Assembly: GCA_949358305.1 (NCBI GenBank)
Contig: OX442314.1
Location: 2,108,001 to 2,172,000, forward strand
DNA length: 64,000 bases
Source of the DNA: Strigamia acuminata
Taxonomy: Eukaryota
Direction of reading: 5' to 3'
In this document: positions 60,801 through 64,000 of the stretch, one piece after another
Layout of the letters: every line of letters starts with the position of its first letter
How positions within the stretch are numbered: position 1 is the first letter of the stretch
Position numbers and translations under genes: made by a program
Notes under the pieces: generated by a model
The model's database searches: none
Told to the model about the DNA's origin: nothing
The model's input: only the letters and a program-made list of their open reading frames with translations

Positions 60801-63800
60801 TCTGATTGTTCTCTAGAACCATATAAGCTCTGGTTCTCACGAGCTCCCCCCTTGGCTTGAATGAATATTGTTGTATTGCATTGTTGTTATCGTATGATCT
60901 CACTTTCTCTCACGACACATCGGGCCTCCTCAGCTCTCAATGGATATGTATTATTACTATCGTGTTATTGCTTGTTGTAGGGCCCATCTGGGAAGGCTAA
61001 CCTTGTAGACATGTTTCACACATGAAATGGCCCCGTAGTGTTAGCCGGCTGTTCTAAGGGACAGTAGGATTTCATACGGTGGCGTAGTATATCGCTCATG
61101 CACGGGATTGATTAACCTGTTAAACAAATATCAAATTATATGATCGGTGATAGTCGCATCTATCTGCGCGATTCTCCGATCATAGGTCAGATGCTCTGCC
61201 AGAGCACATATACGGGAAGTCAAACCCGTCAAACAAATACGGGCAAACTGTTTTCCCAGGGTTCCGATGCAGTGCATTGGCCCTTCCGTTAAGTGGGCAA
61301 GACTTGTCCGAGGTCGGTAAAAGCCTTATTCACAGGCGACGCACCGGGTTGGTGGCCCGTGAGCAATTGCATTCATACCTTGCGCTAAACAAACACTCGG
61401 GTATTGGTAATGCCGATCTGGTAGTCCCCCAGGAACTGTTTACCCAGTGGTTGGTACCACTGAAAGCGACTCGTCGCAGAAAACAAATACCCGGCGCCTG
61501 ATCACGAGATCTTGTCGTCGTAAGGCATGCTGGCGGATGGAGCTTCAACAACTCCCGCGATGGTTCCCTCGACTGTCGTGACTGTCCCCGCCCATAGAAT
61601 AACAATATAACAATTCATTTGTTATATTACACTAATAATGTTTTGATGATTTGAATACGGAATATTCTAATGAATATTCCCGACCAAATACGAAGGATTC
61701 TTCGTATTAATAGATATCCGAGCTGCGGGACCGAATACGTCTCCGTAGCGCTAACTGTGACGATGCCGCAAAGTCAGCCGCACCACTCGAACAGCATCGC
61801 CCGGAACCTCAACCAGTGTAGCCGCCGTTACACTTATCCAGAACCCCAACTCCAGTTGTAATGTTAATAAACATGTAAATTATATCACACAAAATCGTAA
61901 GTTGTTATATTTGATCACATATTCACGTTGTACAGACTTCCGTAGCTTATCTCGGTTAGGTTATTTCTAGTTGTAGAAATGTCTTGTCTAAACCGATTTA
62001 TCTCTTGTAATGGCTAATTATTCAGCCAAAAGTAGAATCGTCACAAGTGGTGTCTGTACAACGTGAATATGTGATCAAATATAACAACTTACGATTTTGT
62101 GTGATATAATTTACATGTTTATTAACATTACAACTGGAGTTGGGGTTCTGGATAAGTGTAACGGCGGCTACACTGGTTGAGGTTCCGGGCGATGCTGTTC
62201 GAGTGGTGCGGCTGACTTTGCGGCATCGTCACAGTTAGCGCTACGGAGACGTATTCGGTCCCGCAGCTCGGATATCTATTAATACGAAGAATCCTTCGTA
62301 TTTGGTCGGGAATATTCATTAGAATATTCCGTATTCAAATCATCAAAACATTATTAGTGTAATATAACAAATGAATTGTTATATTGTTATTCTATGGGCG
62401 GGGACAGTCACGACAGTCGAGGGAACCATCGCGGGAGTTGTTGAAGCTCCATCCGCCAGCATGCCTTACGACGACAAGATCTCGTGATCAGGCGCCGGGT
62501 ATTTGTTTTCTGCGACGAGTCGCTTTCAGTGGTACCAACCACTGGGTAAACAGTTCCTGGGGGACTACCAGATCGGCATTACCAATACCCGAGTGTTTGT
62601 TTAGCGCAAGGTATGAATGCAATTGCTCACGGGCCACCAACCCGGTGCGTCGCCTGTGAATAAGGCTTTTACCGACCTCGGACAAGTCTTGCCCACTTAA
62701 CGGAAGGGCCAATGCACTGCATCGGAACCCTGGGAAAACAGTTTGCCCATATTTGTTAAACGAGTTCGACTTCTCGTATATGTGCTCTGGCAGAGCATCT
62801 GACCTATGATCGGAGAATCTCGCAAATAGATGCGACTATCACCGATCATATAATTTGACATTTGTTTAACGGGTTAGTCATTCCCGTGCATGAGCGATAT
62901 ACTAAGCCACCGTATGAAATCCTACTGTCCCTTAGAACAGCTGGCTAACACTACGGGGCCATTTCATGTGTGAAACATGTCTATTACCGGAGTTAGCCTT
63001 CCCGAAAGGGCCCTACAACAAGCAATAACAAACTAGTAATAATACTATTTGTGGAGAGCTGAGGAGGCCTGATGTGTCGATAAAGAAAGTGAGATCCAAC
63101 GATAACAACTTATCAATACAAACAATATAAACATATTCAGAATCAAGCCAAGCGGGGAGCTCGTGAGAACCAGAGCTTATATGGTTCTAGAGAACAATCA
63201 GATTGGCGACAGCCAATCAGGTGTCTGAATCGATGGATTCGTGGATCACTAGTCCGGACCTAATATTGAACTGGGTCCCGAAGAGTCCGATTGGTCATCT
63301 TCAACAGGTAAGTAAAACCGGATATTGATTCGATAGAATCAATATCTCAAGTAAATAATACTTAGCTTAGTCCAATAAAATACTGTATATTTTATTCGCA
63401 ACGTTATATTAATTCTTTAATATAACTCGCAACTTTATCGAGTTTAAACTGCGCGCGTTAGACAAACAGCGCCATCTAGTGTGAACATTGGATAATACGG
63501 TTTTATAACCGTCACAAACTAACATAACTAATTTATTTACAGGTAAACGTAAGTGGCGCTACAGGTGTGTGTAGCGTCATGAAATGTCAAAATAAACAAA
63601 ATGGAGTTAGAACACTCCAGCCGCCACCTGCAGTTTTAATAAAAACGCCTGTTTACACCCTTTTACCTGTTCCATTGCCGAATTGTCAGCGATGAAAGAA
63701 ATGACCGGCATACCGATGTAAGCCGCCAACTGGAGAAAGTAAAGTGTCGTGGCAGTTTCCCGATGACCGCCCTTCTCGGAATTTGACAAAAACACGATGA

Positions 63801-63848
63801 CGCACACATTTCTCTGCAGAAAATCGTTGCATAATGTATCCAGAGTAT
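42840..63848 (-). CDS. Nmdar2: NMDA receptor subunit 2-like N-terminal-domain exons (63848-63667, 43366-43287, 43187-43092, ~43030-42860); partial
   Basis: LCNDFL...YFLQLAAYIGMPVISFIADNS | LQLSPSIRHQCEAMFSILKR | YNWKQFSV | ELLNSESRVQLLY...YIWIVSQSVI; the first three exons splice in frame. Confidence 0.85.
43567..45139 (-). repeat. 3' LTR of copy 2 (type B, 1573 bp)
   Basis: Matches type A except for a diverged block ~44372-44766. Confidence 0.95.
45859..47358 (-). CDS. ORF3, copy 2
   Basis: Same translation as 27001-28500. Confidence 0.85.
   Translation of the reverse strand: MIYLFRMGSNKHHSKRSHRRHRRSSSSSSSTSTEGEQRRSAERNLMRLQQIAPVPTFNLTPLQLAALNWIGSHPECLPPDMQANAPLPTEVFPGIGAQLTVPVAQLAPLAQVVHPPTNVISVPLAPHTPVFQPPVASVPPIVANTSVVSAPVTTVAANPGWIPAGAESSASSSGWTEPPPGAFRLPASTTRPNAQRMAYKAKKKDEAAQKRREQCARDIAQGIPHDNIVTDQATETICPFCVGCGWCCGASAGSSLMRCPNCRGTKVRPRSEPWRKEVEPHVVKGMKPNEKRCWAHCPICRVFLNARGEAVYIDPRFLTKERAAANAGLTVEAFRHPPSSNVSEVSDETVQEVESVEEEVVTRPRTMSRGRGCLTLDRAKAIAQEQRQNIVARGRARRLQKIVSEQGKKPEVPPVAKSDVSDESKYEDAEENPISIVDFVADLFEDLPFPPPSPAEVEKPEEAVFSAASTEATEESSDFLTSTEVEKPVEKSTNVEKKE
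48440..52615 (-). CDS. pol: Pol, copy 2
   Basis: Same 1374-aa ORF; slippery site at 52615-52621. Confidence 0.95.
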   Translation of the reverse strand, partial: LDPGDEGFIQPPEIADAMSDSLFMDVETTFLEEATSHSGGVDENLQKMTEQFKSLTLFPHKCYTKKFCRPRRLNRVIGSNNLHNITLGNNKDDPRMKVTIGGLTYNALMDTGASQCYIGEQLLSETQALPDFLQEAPRNMLVNAVGVAHKPVGQITLCVQWADECTPMNFIVLAKRVCGLILGHNFMRRQKISTHPHLQEFSCADKPTWSAPYVSEEDNFAMAPLNRITFEYLEELASVADSTELSDAPVLEWDEKLVEGSDCTPEQRLALREVVNAVSNVFRDQVGCTNVTQHRIKFKEGHSLPRMQYRMYNPAKRAIMSKLVAELEQDGLIEKATGPFISHPVIVAKPDGTYRMCIDYRWLNAITELDVIQMPSIDLLLHNTGPGRYFTSIDLVKGYYQVEMCKEDRPKTAFYTPNGPYQFVRMPFGLCNAPCTFQRLMEGVLGSALQNYALVYLDDVIVYSNTWDEHLIHVRDVLEKLNKANMTINKAKSRFGRTELKFLGHWIKPDGLYGDPDKISAIMKFPTPTCAKDIQRFHGMTNFFRKFVPNHGAIAAPYTCMMNEKTPFEWGDAQTEAFNKIKALLCNDNCLHKPDMSKPFVVMTDASHEGLGAVICQDVDLLDKDKKKTGTAPRPVAYASRVLRGAEKRYTTPELECLAVVWAIDRFKPYLEYGTFTLESDAEALKWLMRTPEPSGKFGRWALRIQCGAFKIVFRRGAYNQVADALSRAPLGEEDIPLRDHVEPIEINQYWPEWDGNPSISLNRAPGRSEYLANVRVHFSENSKEYSEEREGEEIQETLYSALTDVIKEVPPTRREIIDAQLVDTECKRIREYLLFDRIVGIPKSEIKEWKNKVRNYCLDKKEDDGDQMIIFFNPSFEEELNDSGNGFKAVVPSSLIKRVLFACHGHPLSGHAGMSKTLEKTRLIYYWPGMSRSVRNYVKSCPHCSQYKPDQQKKRAGPYVPHNMTNPWEHINMDLMGPKPAGRSQNQYVFVIIDNCTKFVEIKALTKATSANCVQELRSVANRWGHPKKIVSDNGKQFVSDIYNEYCETYHIRPAHTSTYHAQANPTERANRDIKILLAIYTDVHTQWPRYLDEFAFVIRNNKSDATNSTPMLLNTGRIVTLPFDPRILRHANPFDKHNPEKYVRELLDILRRAHQEMHRRIQLNYERHRKIHEQKFTIIEFEVGDLVWKQTHILSCADKKISAGLAEKRDGPWEIVEILPGSAYKLRKLADGSIEKSVNIKALYPYTPLYPIETWKIGQKTASNTDQENPKWMDESNELPSPPVQKEIIPETPTEVPMELSESPQIQTKKSVQEKSKHRHRQRLIAVDKKAAVERGEPLKKPPRKPRKPQKLVERTSTRPRRERVPNPKYSDENFVRNITAVFKKPYQQ
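52612..54713 (-). pseudogene. gag: 5'-truncated gag, copy 2
   Basis: Lacks the first ~70 codons; breakpoint at 54713. Confidence 0.9.
54718..55158 (+). repeat. Internal type-A LTR fragment, inverted
   Basis: Matches 60815-61255; flanked by filler AAGA and AAA. Confidence 0.93.
55162..57185 (+). pseudogene. pol: 3' part of pol (end of RNase H plus integrase), inverted insert
   Basis: Begins at (A)YNQVADALSR; RTSTH vs RTSTR variant. Confidence 0.92.
58267..59766 (+). CDS. ORF3, inverted insert
   Basis: Same translation as the other copies. Confidence 0.85.
   Translation: MIYLFRMGSNKHHSKRSHRRHRRSSSSSSSTSTEGEQRRSAERNLMRLQQIAPVPTFNLTPLQLAALNWIGSHPECLPPDMQANAPLPTEVFPGIGAQLTVPVAQLAPLAQVVHPPTNVISVPLAPHTPVFQPPVASVPPIVANTSVVSAPVTTVAANPGWIPAGAESSASSSGWTEPPPGAFRLPASTTRPNAQRMAYKAKKKDEAAQKRREQCARDIAQGIPHDNIVTDQATETICPFCVGCGWCCGASAGSSLMRCPNCRGTKVRPRSEPWRKEVEPHVVKGMKPNEKRCWAHCPICRVFLNARGEAVYIDPRFLTKERAAANAGLTVEAFRHPPSSNVSEVSDETVQEVESVEEEVVTRPRTMSRGRGCLTLDRAKAIAQEQRQNIVARGRARRLQKIVSEQGKKPEVPPVAKSDVSDESKYEDAEENPISIVDFVADLFEDLPFPPPSPAEVEKPEEAVFSAASTEATEESSDFLTSTEVEKPVEKSTNVEKKE
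60487..62045 (+). repeat. Complete type-A LTR of the inverted insert
   Basis: Preceded by the PPT, followed by AGTGG; CCAAT boxes ~60709-60808, TATAAG ~60822, AATAAA 61866. Confidence 0.95.
62052..63516 (-). repeat. 5' LTR of copy 2 (type B), missing the last 108 bp of U5
   Basis: Matches 43675-45139. Confidence 0.95.
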
Positions 63849-64000
63849 CTAAAAATCCAAAATTTCATTCAAATTAATTTAATTTTAACAAGGAAATCGC
63901 ACTTTTAGTTCAAATTCACAGATAATATCTGAAATTACTCAATCAAACAACCCCAATATAAAGTCAACGAAGCATGAAATATTATGACATAACATCACCC

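Larger units (their letters stand above)
43567..63516 (-). mobile_element. Rearranged Gypsy copy 2 with internal inverted insert
   Basis: Outer type-B LTRs in the same orientation; perfect TSD AACT at 43563-43566 and 63517-63520. Confidence 0.93.

Noticed and set aside
43567..63516. Pure fold-back assembly artefact
   Set aside because: Arms differ in LTR haplotype and SNPs, junctions have filler bases, and the outer TSD and host exons are coherent; read confirmation is still needed.

Overview
AT-rich invertebrate (arthropod-like) genomic DNA with spliceosomal introns, dominated by one very young Ty3/Gypsy LTR retrotransposon family. Copy 1 (24722-38750, minus strand) looks intact. It has 1559-bp LTRs, a tRNA-Gln PBS, gag with an N/Q/G-rich region, a -1 frameshift signal, PR-RT-RH-IN pol, and a third ORF in the env position. 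That ORF is not an envelope: it is Arg/Ser-rich, Pro-rich, Cys-rich and acidic. Copy 2 (43567-63516, TSD AACT) sits in an intron of an NMDA receptor 2-like gene and is rearranged. Its 5' gag, leader and PBS are replaced by an inverted 7.3-kb piece from another copy, which looks like a captured reverse-transcription intermediate. The result is two large inverted repeats that could produce hairpin RNA against the family. Host sequence includes the 5' part of GALM, a C2H2 zinc-finger array and a decaying tandem cluster of about six LRR genes with a BC-box-like N-terminus. There are also MITEs and BEL, Copia and Tc1 relics, plus a 3' LTR of a sister Gypsy family at the window start. All comparisons were made by eye; no searches were run.
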